This document shows, piece after piece, positions 14,551-29,116 of a stretch of DNA of 64,000 nucleotides. Positions within the stretch are counted from its first letter, which is position 1, and every line of letters begins with the position of its first letter. The notes under the pieces were generated by a model that searched no databases, was not told the DNA's origin, and saw nothing but the letters and a program-made list of their open reading frames with translations. Source of the DNA: the human T2T-CHM13v2.0 reference genome, Homo sapiens. The DNA lies in NCBI RefSeq assembly GCF_009914755.1, contig NC_060925.1, one strand, 5' to 3'. The translations under genes were made by a program, and so were the position numbers.

Positions 14551-14689
14551 GAATCAGATAGGAAAGAAACTGCCCTGGGCTTGGAGTCCTTGCGTTCTCC
14601 AAGGGCTTCACCCACTTGCCGCGGGGTGGGGGACGGGGGGTGAGTTCTGCCTGGAGCTAAGGAGTTAGAGGGCCCCAGTTCAAACTCTC

Positions 14690-15055
14690 TGGCATCTTCT
14701 CGACATCTCTTTACCAAGATCTGCCTCATTTGGCCTCTACCCATCTCTCTGATGTCATCTCCCCACCCTTGCCCCCCATTCACTCTGCTCCAGCCATAAC
14801 GGATGGCCTCGTTCCAACCTCAGGGCTCTTGCACTTGCTGTGGCCTTTTGTGGAACCTCCTGTCCCCAGATCTTCGCATGACTGAGTCCATCCTGTTTTT
14901 CCTCAAATGTCGTCTCTGCTGAGAAGCCTTCCTCCACCACCTGAAGGAAGTCCTCCCTCCCACCCCCACAGAGGTTTTGTCTGTGTCCTAGCCCCCAGCA
15001 CTTGCATGGGCACTCAGCAGGCACTCAACTAACAGTTGTTGATTAGATGAGTAAA
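14690..15055 (+). mobile_element. L2 3' fragment
   Basis: 'ctcagggctcttgcacttgctgt...cagcaggcactcaactaacagttgttga' L2 3' end. Confidence 0.65.
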
Positions 15056-16573
15056 TTAGGGGCTTGAAAGGGAGACACGAGGAGAGTCCTAGAAAGGGAG
15101 TCAGGGGTGAAAGACGTGAGTTGAAGGCCACCTCCACTGCTGGGTGACCCCAGGCAAGTCACAACCTCTCTGAGCCTCAAATTTTCCAATTCCATGGTCT
15201 GTTCATGCCTGGACAGCCTGAGACTCTCTGATCAGGGAGACTTCAGAGCCTACCCCAGAATGCAGGCCCCTCAGACCTAGTGAGGGGGGATGGTGGGCTT
15301 CTCCTTCCTCCCCTCTCTATGGTCCCCTCCACTAGTTTCAGGTCCAAACCCCTCAGGGAAGGGACAGAGGAAGCCAAGACGAATGGGCATCCCCACTCCC
15401 CAAGGGCAGGCAGCCCACATGAGGCCTCTAGGATAATTACAGCCAGCTGGGCTGCCTCTACCCCCTACCCCAGCTCCCTGCTCCCTGGAAGCTGGAGAAG
15501 CTCAGCAGCTGCCCACATGTGGTTATTTGAACAGGGAGTGGGAGAGGGAGCTGGCAGGTCCACTGCTGGGCCATGGTGCCAGCTGGGGCCAGCCCTGCCT
15601 GACAGCCTTGCTTGAGAACCCACGTGTACAGGCAGGGCCAGGAACGCTGAAGTGCTGGGGCTCAGCAACTTCCCTCCCAGGCTGAGGGGAGCAAGAGGCC
15701 ACAGGCCTCAGGTCAGAGCCACATGTGGCTGTGGGCTGTTGTCAGCAGATCCCTGCACAGTGTAAAGCCACGCTGCAAGCTGGGAGTGAGCTGCTGACAG
15801 ACGCAGGCCCACATGCCCTGAGGCTGAAAGGCAGGGATAGGAGCCAGGGCCAGACCCCCGAGGGGACTCTAGGGAGTTCAGATGGGGCTTCGCCATCAGG
15901 CCTGGGAGCCAGAGCCACGGCCAGCTGCTCTCTGCTCACGGGGAACGGGACGTCAAGATGAGCCAGGGTGGTCCCCCTCCCTGCATGAGGGGCTTCTCAA
16001 TGATGGGGCATGTTGGATACCATGTTCCCAGCTTACCCCAGTAGAAACTGCCTTCAGGCAGGGAACCAACCTGGAAGGACTGAGTCACTGATTCATGCTG
16101 GGATGTCAATGACCAAGGGTAGATCTGAAGAGCTCTAGGTGTGAAGCTTCTGGGGTTCAGAGCCCTCCAACACATTATCCTAGGAAAACCTGGCAGAAAA
16201 TGGAATGACTTGGTTTTGTGTTAAGTTCTGTGCGTGTGTGTGCGTGTGTGTGTGTGTGTCTGTGTCTGTGTAGATTAAGACAGAATTGTCTGACATCTTT
16301 TAAATGTCCCAAGAGATCCTCAGTCTCAACAAGTGCAAAACCAACTCAGAATCTACCCTTCATCCAAGCCAGTCTTCTCTACGGGGTCTCTCAGCACCCC
16401 CAGGTCAGCAGGCAGAAGCCCACGCCTCAGCCCCATCTCCATCTCCCATCCTTTGCTGATTCCCAGAGGTTTCCCCTCCTGAACACCTCTCGAGTTGACC
16501 ACTTCTCTCCTAAATAGTGGCAACTGTGGGTTTCCCCATACAGACCTGCCCCCAGCATGCGTGTTGGGCCCCT

Positions 16574-16662
16574 AACTGAGCCACATGAGATGAAGACATT
16601 GACCAAGGTCACTTCTTTTTTTTTTTGAGATGGAGTTTTGCTCTGTCACCCTACCAAGGCAG
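16574..16662 (+). repeat. Local duplicate of the Alu-flank junction 17753-17834 (+18131-18145)
   Basis: Near-identical AACTGAGCCACATG(A/G)GATGAAGACATTGACCAAGGTCAC-polyT-GAGATGGAGTTTTGCTCTGTCACCC in both places. Confidence 0.9.
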
Positions 16663-17059
16663 CCCCTGCCCTCCTCTTTCTCTTGCTATTCCTGCTCCAT
16701 CACTCTTAAGGGTAGGGTGTGGACACCACAGCCTGCACTTTCAAGCTCCAGCCGCATTCTTGCAAATGACAACTTCTTCACCACCCTCAGACCCAGGGGT
16801 CTATACCCCAGAAGCAGATCCTCCCCTAGGGGAATCGGAATGAGGAAGAGGCTCCTGAAGGAAGAGGGGTTGTGGGTAGAGGCCCCAAGAGGCAAATGCC
16901 CTTAGCCCATAGACTCTTCTTTCCATGGGGAGAGGCATGAGCCAAGGAGAGCCAGAGCAGGGCCCTCTAAAGTACAAAGCCCAGGGAAGGGTTCAAGGAC
17001 AGGAATGTCCTCATCTCTGCTCGGACCTCCCCTGCCAATTTCGTCCCTATTAGAGGCAA

Positions 17060-17620
17060 CCAAAGAGATCTTTTTAAAATCCAAGAGGATCATGTTACAC
17101 TCCCCTGCTTTATTCCCTCAATGGCTCTCCATTGCTTTTAGGATAGCTGCAAAGTTTCTCAAGCAGCACCTATGAGACCCTCAGGGTCCAGCCCCTGCCA
17201 GCCTCTCCATTCTTATTTCTAGCCCTGCTTCCCCTCTCTCTCCACTCCAGTCACATAAGCCTTCCTTCAGATCCCTGTGCTGTCCATGGTGCCCACCCAC
17301 AGACCTTTGCACATGCTGTTCCCTCTGCCTGGAATGCTCTTCCCTCTCCACCTGGCCTAGCACACTCCTCCACAACCTGCAAGTCTTGGTTCTAGTGTTA
17401 CCTCCACAGGGAAGCCTTCCAGGATTTTTCTGCCTAGAGTGATGTCCCTCCCCAGTACAGATTCTCATAGCTCCATTGCCCTCACTCACCACTGTGGCAC
17501 TTGGGAGACAACTTGACACTTGCTTGTGTGATTATTTGATTCGTGGCTTTCTCCCTCTGCCTAAGGGTTCCATGCAATCAGAGTCCAGTCTATTTTTGCA
17601 TTGCATCCTGGCACAAATAT
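17060..17620 (+). mobile_element. L2 3' fragment
   Basis: 'cctttgcacatgctgttccctctgcctggaatgctcttccc' L2 hallmark. Confidence 0.8.
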
Positions 17621-17720
17621 TAACAGCTGACATTTGCTGAGTGCTAACCATGTCAGGCATTGTGCTAAATATTTTCCAAGCATTATTTTGTTGAATCTTC
17701 TTGACAACCCTATGAGGTAG

Positions 17721-18310
<590 letters not shown>

Positions 18311-20617
18311 TGAGAACAGATGTGGTTTCTGGTTGGTTTGTTTTCATCTTTCACTTATTGTGTGTTCCAATTTTTCTATACTAAACAAGTATTGTTGATG
18401 CCTTTAAATTGAGAAAGAAAAACTTAAAATCTCTTTAACTTTGAGAAAGAAGAAAGAATGGAACGAAATCAAGATGTCCAGAGAAATGGTACACCATTCC
18501 TTCCATTCCACCCAAAGCCCCACCTTGGTAGAAGATGCAAAGCACTTTCCAGATATAAAGTCCTGGTGAGGTGGCAGGAAGAATGTAGGCGCTGGCTTCA
18601 AACAGACCCAGATCTGACTCTCAGCTTCACTGTGTGGCTTTCAGCCAGTGACTTAACCCCTCCTCTGACCTCAGGGACCTCCTCTGTAAAGTAAGGTCCT
18701 ACTGTCTCTCCTCCAGGACTGCCATGAAGACTAGAGAGAAAGTACATAAATGACTCAGCATGGGATGTGGCACATAATAGATGCTCAGTGAATGGTGGTC
18801 ATCAGCTTCAGCCCGCCCTCGTGAACAGACAAGAGGCAGCGTGGGCACCTCACAGAACCCAGGTTCCCACACACCATCTGGCCCCTTGGCTGGGCCTCTT
18901 GTGAGCCACGTTCCTGCCCTCTGGCTCCAGCTGTCTTCTCTCTGGGTTTCACTGCTTGGCTGGCTGGCTTAGGACACTGGACAGCCTGAGATGACCCCAG
19001 GGCAAGCTAGGGGTGGCAACCCCAGGACACAGGCCACCCAGACAGCTGTTTTCATGCCTCCAGGCATCCCATGGTGGGTAGAGAATATGATCCCCCACTA
19101 CCACATCCCCACCATCTCCCAAGGAGGACAGAAGGAGCATTTTTTTCACCCAGGTGGAAATGCCAAATCGGCTTCTGGGGGCTGTGGTTTGGAGATCCTC
19201 TAAGGGGACACTCTTCTGAGACCTCGGGGAGCAACACAGAGGGAGGCAGAGAGAAAGCGGGAGAGCGAGGTGGGGAACGGGCCACCTGGAGGCCCCGTGG
19301 CATGGCTCGCCTGGTATTTACTTTCTGCCACAGCCTTGAATACCATCGGGCTCAGAAGGAATTTCCAAGAAGATCGAAATTTGAGGAAATCAAAGTTTAA
19401 TTAGTCACAGCTGCCGTAATGTATTCCAGGTGATGGCTGGCACGGCTGTCTCCCCTCCAGCCCCTGACGCCTTTCACCCTCTACAGGGGCAAGTAAACAC
19501 TGGGGTGTTTGCGGTGGGAGCCCTTCTCCCGGGTCAGCTGAGCAGGAATGGGGGGGTGAGGAGAGGGCCACGTGCGGCCTCTGGCCACCTAGGCTGCGGT
19601 CTGAGAGAGAGGACTGAGGGAGCCCTCCACGCAGCCATCTTCGCTCCTCTCCACTCCCTGCTCCACTCCCATTTGGCATCTTTGCAAGTGAGAGCAAAGG
19701 CCACGTGGAACGCTAGGGATGGGCTCAGAGTCATGGGATTAGGTCTCAGCTCACTCCTCAGTGACAGTGTGAGCTTGGACAAGTCATTTAACTGGGAGAC
19801 TGGCAAAACAGGCAGGAGTCAGAGGGCCTGGGTTTGAATCCAGCTCTGCCACTCAGCTGTGTGGCCTTGGGAGAGTTCGTGAAACTCTCTGAGCCTTCAT
19901 TGCTCCATGTATAAAATGGAGTCAGGCAGAGACTCATGGGATTCCTGAAAGAGTCAAACAAAGTAATATGAGAATGACGTTAGTGCAGAGCTGAGACACC
20001 ACAAGAATTCAATGAGTAACTGCAGTGGGCCTCAGTTTTCCTATCGTCAAACTAGAACGGGGATCCTATGCTACAACAGATGAATAAGTGCTTTCAGCTC
20101 CTAACAAAAGCCCACGCTACAGGCATGCATGGATTAGCCTATCCGAGCAGTGGTCCGCAGAGAGAAGTGTGCTGAGGCACCCGCGGTGTGGGAGGGTTGC
20201 ACCAGGCATCCTGGTGTAGAGTCCAGCTGCAGGGCTATGATTGGGGCATGGACTGATAAGGTGTGAAACGGGTTCAGGTGATGGGACTTGTCTTTGGTTC
20301 ACCCTACTCTGGGTCTATGCTAAACTGAACCACGTCAGACGTCACTTCAGCCAACTGAAGTGTATGACCCCCTTGCTAGAGCCATGCCAGTGGGTGCCAC
20401 CAGCACTCCTCCCACTCTGTCATCAGATCAGAAGGAGTTTCCATGCTCCCAGCTTAGCAGCTCATCAGAAGCTGGTTCTGTTCAGTTCCAACCAAGTCTG
20501 GGGACAGGGACAGTGGCTGGGGCTTGCCTTTCACCTTGCTCCTGCCTCCACTAAGCCCTAGCTCTACCCCATGCCTGGGGATCTGAGTGTCCAGGGATAT
20601 AAAAAGAGACTGTCTCC

Positions 20618-21289
<672 letters not shown>

Positions 21290-21829
21290 TCATCGGTAGG
21301 CACGAGCTCAGCTCCACTCGGCTTTCTGAGGTCTGCTGCAGACAGTTCCTTTGGGATTGGAGTCTGCCATGAGGTGGACTTGACTCCTCTCACATCCACG
21401 TGATCTCTCCAGGGCCCACTCCTTGTCCTCTTCCCTGCCAGCCACTCTCCCTCTGTCTCTCTCCTTTTCCCCCATCACTGAGAGTCATTTCTAGTCTGTT
21501 TTTGAAACTCAAAGCCAAGAATTTTTTCCTTTTCTCTCTTCATTTCCCCTTCCCTGAGTCAATGAACTGAAAAGCCCAGCCAACTGAAGGGAAGGGTCAA
21601 GGAGAGGAAGAAAACACCAGAAACCAAAACCTCCCAGCCAACAGTTCAAAACCAGTATCTCACTACACAGTAGAGGCAGCCCATGTGTAGCCCCAAGTAC
21701 ACCACCACCAGGTATGCCTAGGCAACCATGTTAGGTGGAATATTTTCCTTGGATAAATGTGTTATTCATGAAGACTGTCATTTGGGCAGTATTTATCTTC
21801 CTCTTACTCTGCAGCGGTGATTGAGAAGT

Positions 21830-22335
21830 AACGGTGTGGCAGGCACCATTTGTTGCCTGTGTGCAGCCAACCTGCCTCTACCACAGAGGCTGAAAATGGC
21901 AGCTGGTCACTTTCCCAGCCTCTCTTGCAGCTATAGATGGTCACGTGACCCAATTCTGGCCAGTGGGAGCTGGGAGGAAGTTGGCTGAAATGACTTCTGG
22001 GAAAAGTTTTTCTCTCTGGTTTAAAAAAAAGAAAAGATAGGTGAGGAGGAGACACCCTTCCTGCTCATAGAGGATGTGTGAGGTGAGAAGAAGACATCCC
22101 TCCTGCTCACAGAGGGTGTGTGAGGACTGTTGCTGTGGCAGCCATCTTGTGACCACAAGAGAACAAGCCTGAGAACAAAAGCCCATAATTGGAAAGCCCC
22201 TGGTTCTCTGAGGATATAATTGTGTCTTGTATAATCAACCTGCAGACTTCCTGTTAAATGAGAGAAGGAGTGGGAAACCTCTTAAGTGAATTAAATTTTA
22301 ATTCACTTACTTGCAGCCAAAAGCAGCCCAACTGA
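21830..22335 (+). mobile_element. ERVL-type LTR relic (LTR16/LTR33-like)
   Basis: 'ggtcacgtgacccaattctggcca', 'ggcagccatcttgtgaccac', 3' 'ttacttgcagccaaaagca..actgac'. Confidence 0.6.
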
Positions 22336-23187
22336 CTCTTAGAAAGCGTTTCAGAATTCTTTCAGGTCTGTGCTACTTAGGGCTCTTTTTAGTTGCAAGC
22401 AGCCACAGCAAACCAAACCAATTTAAACTTGCTCAGCCAAAAAGGGCAATTTTAAACATTAATATATGTGAGTGTCTTACGAAACTCAGCGGAAATATGA
22501 CTGGGCCTCAGAACACTTGGAACCAGGAACCAAACCAAAGACTGTCGAGATTTTCTCTCTGACTCTCATGTTGTGTCTCACTGTGTGAGGTAATAAATTC
22601 CTGATAGTCTTTTTATTGCAATAAGTCTGATTGTCCAGAATTGACTTTTTAAATTTAATTTTAATATGCCTTGAGAAGAAAAATGAACATATTTCTTAGC
22701 TTTAAAACCGTTAAAACTGCATTTATATTGCAGAAGTACTTTTAACCCATTTAGACTGCGAATGATTTTCCTTTAATGCACTAAGCGTGTGTCTAGAAGG
22801 ATCTGGAAACACTGTTTCCTTTTCTGCAGACCCACCATGTCCCATTCTGGGTGCGCTGAGAGAGTCTAATGATGAGAAATCTTCAGATGACAATGTGGAA
22901 GAAGGCTCCCTCTCTGGTGTCTCAGTGAGGAAGCCAGCGCCCCAGCGGCCAGACTCGCTTCACTTGGGGGAACTCCATTTCTGCTATGCAGAGACCATCT
23001 CTCTCCAGAGAACCTGCTGCTTCACTTTCCTAACATGAGTTCAGCATTCGGTTTCAAATCCTCTGTCAGATGCCAACACAGGAAGAATTTTCAGTGTCAC
23101 CATGACTCCATTAACCTATAAACGCAACATTTTGAGTATGTTGTGTCTGTAAGAAGTAAAGTTTGTGAGGTTTTTTTTTTAAGTCTA

Positions 23188-23514
<327 letters not shown>

Positions 23515-24485
23515 TCAGATTTTGAAATATAAAAATTTGATAATAACACAATCAAAGGTGAGTATGAGAGAAGGTGAATGGGCATGAGTGAACGTCCAAT
23601 GTCACACGTGTGTGGATGGTTTGGGGATTTGTGTGTTTTCAAAGCTTCTCCAGTGATCCTGGGGCAGGAGGAACCACTGTACAGCGTGAGTCCCTTGAGG
23701 ACAAGAGCCCAGGTCTTATGCATCATTGAGTCTCTGCCCTTAGGACATATGTGACTGGCACATAGTAGGTGTTTAATCAACGTCCTCTGAATCAATGAAT
23801 GAGGAAGAGAAAAGGTAGCAGTGCAGAAGTCAAGAAAGGATTTTCTGTAGGCTCTTTTCCAATCATAAAATATCAGAGAAGCTGCTTCTACTTTGGGAAC
23901 TAGCCTCTCAAGAAAAGGGCTGGGGACCAGGAGGTAGGGGTGGGTCTGCCAGGAGTTCAAAGGGAGCCAGGGCCCTGCTGGGGATGCTGAACTGCAGCCA
24001 GGGCTGGGCTCAGACAAAGCGGCTTCTCAGAAGCCCCCTGCCCACGGGGAGGCTCACTGCCCTGCTCTAGGCCACAAGGAGAAAACGCGTTTGTTTACTT
24101 GACCTGAATGACATGTTTATTGAGCCCCCCTCCTGGGGATGCCAAGGGCCTTTTAACAAGCTCCCCAGAGGGTGAGTTCTGAAAATGAGTCGCTGATGAG
24201 CCAGAAATGGAATTTGCGAGTTTGCCTTCCCAGTCTGGTCCTACTGGCCCAAAGCTGCTGAGCAGCTGGGCAGAAGGTGCTGTCTTGTGAATCAGGGGCC
24301 TTGGCCTGTCCCAGCAGGCAGGGCACTGCGGGCAGGGCAGAACTGGGATGACCCAGCTGTGTCACACTCAACAGCATCTAGACAATCAAGGCAAAAGTGG
24401 TTTGTCACTCTAGTTGTCTGGATCAATCTTCCACTGCAGTTAGCTTGAGTAGATGGCAGCAAATGTGATGGGGAAAATGGACTGA

Positions 24486-24881
<396 letters not shown>

Positions 24882-25232
24882 TGATTCAACCCTCTCATTT
24901 TGCAGCTGAGGAAACAGAGGCCCAGAGAGGAGAAGTAACCTGCCTGAGTAGTAACCAGCTAGGTGCCTTCCATCAGGATTTATAGTTTACAAACTGGCAT
25001 ATCTACATACTTACTCTTGCTCAGTCCTTACAATAAACATGAGCTAGGTATTAGTACCCCATCGTTGTATTTTATCATAAAATTACTTTCCATTATTTTT
25101 AAACTTGCCTCTTGTTTTCCTCAGCATTCTATTTTAGGAAATACGTTCTTTTCTTGGATCTTACCGGATGCTGCTGCTGTTGCTGGTCCTCAGATGGCAT
25201 TTGGGATCCACCGCTCTAGAGAACGCTGGTTG

Positions 25233-25312
25233 AGGCCCTGCGCAGTGGCTCACGCCTGTAGTCCCAGCCCTTTGGGAGGTTGAGGCAGGAGGATCACTCG
25301 CGGTCAGGAGTT
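25233..25312 (+). mobile_element. Alu left-arm fragment
   Basis: 'gcagtggctcacgcctgtagtcccagccctttgggagg...ggtcaggagtt'. Confidence 0.85.
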
Positions 25313-25666
25313 AGAGAATGCTTGCTGCCTTTACTCTGATTGTTCATTTTTTTCTCTCTGTCCTTTCTTTCTTCTCCCTTATCCTTTTCTTTCTCCTTCA
25401 TGTCTACCTTTTTCTCCCCTTCCTTCTCTACTTTTATCCTTAAGGGGCAGCCCAGAGTCTGTCTTGAGAGTGAAGAAATATGAGTTCCAGTTCCTGTGTT
25501 GTCACCACCTTGCTGGGTGACCTCAGACAAATTACTTCTCTCTGGGCTTCAGTTTCCCCATCTGTAAATGAGAGGAGAGGCTGCGCCTTTGCTCTTTGAA
25601 ATTGCTTCCAGCTTGGAAAGCCTGATATGGCTACAAGTCTCTGGAATTCTGCCGACTCACTACTGA

Positions 25667-26026
<360 letters not shown>

Positions 26027-26771
26027 TAACCAGAGAAATTGGGGTACATCAGTAAGAAGTCAGACCAAAGGGGACAGGCTGGTATTCATTCCCGCTAGAG
26101 AGAGTCCCCCTCAATGTCTCACTGCTGAATTTACCAGTGCCTCCTCACTGGTGACAGGGGCGCTTCCATGCACTCTGCTCCAAGATTATGGGCCATCCTA
26201 CTTTGTTCTCTGTTATTGAGTGTGACGTGGCTGTCACTATTGATTCAGCATTATTGAGAGAGAAGCTTCTTATTTCCTCTTAGGGATTTTGACGGCAATC
26301 AAGATATGCTGGCAGCAGGGGACCAATGGAAACTTGGTAATGGTCTGAACCTTTTATACTCCATTATATTCCTTTGAAAAAAATTAAAATTGCTCTTAAA
26401 ATGGTTAAATAAATATTTAAAAGTTAAGTAGCCTTAAAAGATCAAGATCTTTAAGGAAAGCAGCTCATGAACATAACACGATACCTTTCTTACAACGTTC
26501 ATTCAACTCTACTCATTCTAACCATGGTTTTGTCTGCAGTGTTGTCAAAATACTTCTTCCAATTTCCTCTCAAATTGATTTTAAGAAGACAGTATTCCCA
26601 GTGGGCCTTCCCACTGAGCGTTGATGTTCTAGGGTTTGAGGACTTTCAGGAGTGGGTACTTAAAAGCCCTTATCTTTGTTCCTTCTAATAAAAGAGATGT
26701 GATTGCCTGCTTTTGAGTAATCACAAAGCAGGTTATTACTGGTCTTGAGAAAAGGTCACATGGCTGAAGGT

Positions 26772-27266
26772 GTTGTATTTACATCCTATTGATGCTGTAG
26801 CAAATTACCACAAACATAGTGGCATAAACAACACCAATTTTTTACCTTACCATTCTGGAGGTCAGAAGTGTCACTGGACTAAAATCAAGGTGTGAGCAGG
26901 GCTGTGCTCCTTCTGGAGGCTCCAGGGAAGAACTTGTTCCTTGCTTCTTCCAGCTTCCAGAGGCTGCCTGCATTCCATGGCTCATGGCTGTCTTCTCTCT
27001 TCAAAGCCAGTAGTGGCATCACTTTGACCTCTGCTTCCATTGCCACCTCTCCCCGTTGATTGGGACTCTCCTGCTGCCTCTTTCCCTTTAACGACCCCTG
27101 CGATTACATTGAATACACCCAGATAGTCCAGGAGAATCTCCCCATCTAAAGATCCTTGACTTCATTACATCTGCAAAGTCCCTTTTGCTGTGTAAGGTAA
27201 TGTGTTCACAGGTTACAGGATTAGAATGCTGACATCTTTGGGGTGCCATTATTCTGCTTGCCACAG
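26772..27266 (-). mobile_element. MLT1C/D MaLR solo LTR
   Basis: 'gctgtagcaaattaccacaaac..agtggc', 'ttctggaggtcagaagt', 'aaatcaaggtg', 'catctgcaaagtcccttttg' MLT1 hallmarks. Confidence 0.85.
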
Positions 27267-27289
27267 GTGTCTTTTGACTTCAGGGAAAT

Positions 27290-27783
27290 TAATGTGATAG
27301 AGTGCAGAAGTAAGCCAGATTCTTCCCATCCCTATACTCATGCCCCTTCTCAACATGACTTCGCAACCCCTTCCATCAAGAGGTTGAGTCTATCTCTTTA
27401 CTTTTGGAAACTGGGCTTGACCACATGACTTTCTTTGGCCAATGGGACATAAGCAAATATGGCACAAGCAAAGGCATTGCCTCCTTTTGCTACTCCCGGG
27501 AGCCCTGTGACCATACCCATGCGGAAGAGCCCTTGGTAACCTACTGATAGTAAGAGACATAGCCCAGTCACCCCAGGAAACAGCCAACCACGTACTAAAT
27601 GTGAGACCGTTGTCTGTCAGCTGACTGTGGACACATGAAAGAGCTCAGCCGAGACTAAGAGAAGAACAGCCCAGCTGATCCCATCCCAAATTGCCAAACC
27701 ATAGAATCCTGAGTAAATACCTTCCTGTTTCAAGCCACTATATTTCTGTGTGGTTGATTATGCAGCAAATGCTAACTGACACA
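27290..27783 (+). mobile_element. MLT1 (F/G/H-like) LTR
   Basis: 3' end 'tcaagccacta...gtggttgattatgcagcaaatgctaactgacaca'. Confidence 0.7.
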
Positions 27784-28235
27784 ACTAGGGACCCTCTTTT
27801 GTGCAATTAGATAGAGATTTTTCCATTCTGATCTCATGTCAAACATTTCCTCTTGATTCTGATGGGTAATTCAGGAGAAATTCAAATGAAATGAAATGAA
27901 TTTCTGGTGAAATGAAATTTACACCTTACCATTATTACAGAGAGGTAGATAACTTTCCACTGACCATTTAAAAATAACAGAATTGCTTCCTAAACAAATG
28001 TCTAAGACTCTTAGACAAGAGTCTTATTTTCTTTACTAGACTCAATTTCCTGGAAGGCAGAAACAATGTCTTTTGGCTCAGGTCCCTCACAGAGCAGGGA
28101 CTCAGGGTGGCGAGGGGTAAAGAACATGGGCTCTGGAGTCAGAAATACCTGAGTTCAAATCCTCAGGTATTTGAACTTTGTTTGCTAATTACATGAACTT
28201 AAGCAATCAGATAGAGGAGCTTAGGCAAGTTACTT

Positions 28236-28864
28236 TTTTTTTTTTTTGGCTTGTTTTCAGATTTATTTTCTTTCTTTTTTTTATTATACTTTAAGTTTTA
28301 GGGTACATGTGCATAACGTGCAGGTTAGTTACATATGTATACATGTGCCATGTTGGTGTGCTGCACCCATTAACTCATCATTTAACATTAGGTATATCTC
28401 CTAATGCTATCCCTCCCCGCTCCCCCCACCCCACAACAGGCCCCGGTATGTGATGTTCCCCTTCCTGTGTCCGTGTGTTCTCATTGTTCAGTTCCCACCT
28501 ATGAGTGAGAACATGCGGTATTTGGTTTTTTGTCCTTATGATAGTTTTATGAGAATGATGGTTTCCAGCTTCATCCATGTCCCTACAAAGGACATGAACT
28601 CATCATTTTTTATGGCTGCATAGTATTCCATGGTATATCTTTGATGAGTTGAGAGAAGAAGGCTTCAGACGATCAAACTACTCTGAGCTAAAGGAGGAAG
28701 TTCGAACCCATGGCAAAGAAGTTAAAAACCTTGAAAAAAAATTAGACGAATGGCTAACTAGAATAACCAATGCAGAGAAGTCCTTAAAGGACCTGATGGA
28801 GCTGAAAACCAAGGCACGAAAACTACGTGACGAATGCACAAGCTTCGGTAGCCGATTCGATCAA
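28236..28864 (-). mobile_element. 5'-inverted (twin-primed) truncated L1PA (approx. L1PA3-5)
   Basis: 28236-28638 antisense poly(A) plus L1PA 3' end; 28639-28864 opposite-orientation ORF1 piece (REEGFRRSNYSELKEEVRTHGKEVKNLEKKLDEWLTRITNAEKSLKDLMELK); TSD TAGGCAAGTTACTT at 28222-28235 and 28865-28878. Confidence 0.92.
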
Positions 28865-28891
28865 TAGGCAAGTTACTTAACCTCTCCCGAA

Positions 28892-29116
28892 GGCTTGAGT
28901 GGGAGGTGGGAAATGGTGATCCAATCAGGATCACCCACCTTCTCTGTTTTAGCCAACAGAAGCCGTCCAAGGAGGATTTGGGGGGATTGAGAGTTGATGG
29001 CCAGATTTTAAAAGTGGATCTATAAGGAGAGAAGTGGCAGGTGCTGAGGAAGGGGTTGGTTGGCATGCAAACCCAGGCCCTCCAGGAGCCCACGTGCAGA
29101 CTGGCTTAGGTGGAGC
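28892..29116. repeat. Composite local duplicate: inverted copy of 31598-32077 (without the Alu) plus direct copy of 31179-31226
   Basis: Manual alignment, roughly 85% identity for the inverted part and about 90% for the direct part. Confidence 0.85.

Noticed and set aside
28649-28867. 72-aa ORF with clear protein homology
   Set aside because: Fragment of L1 ORF1p inside a truncated, inverted L1
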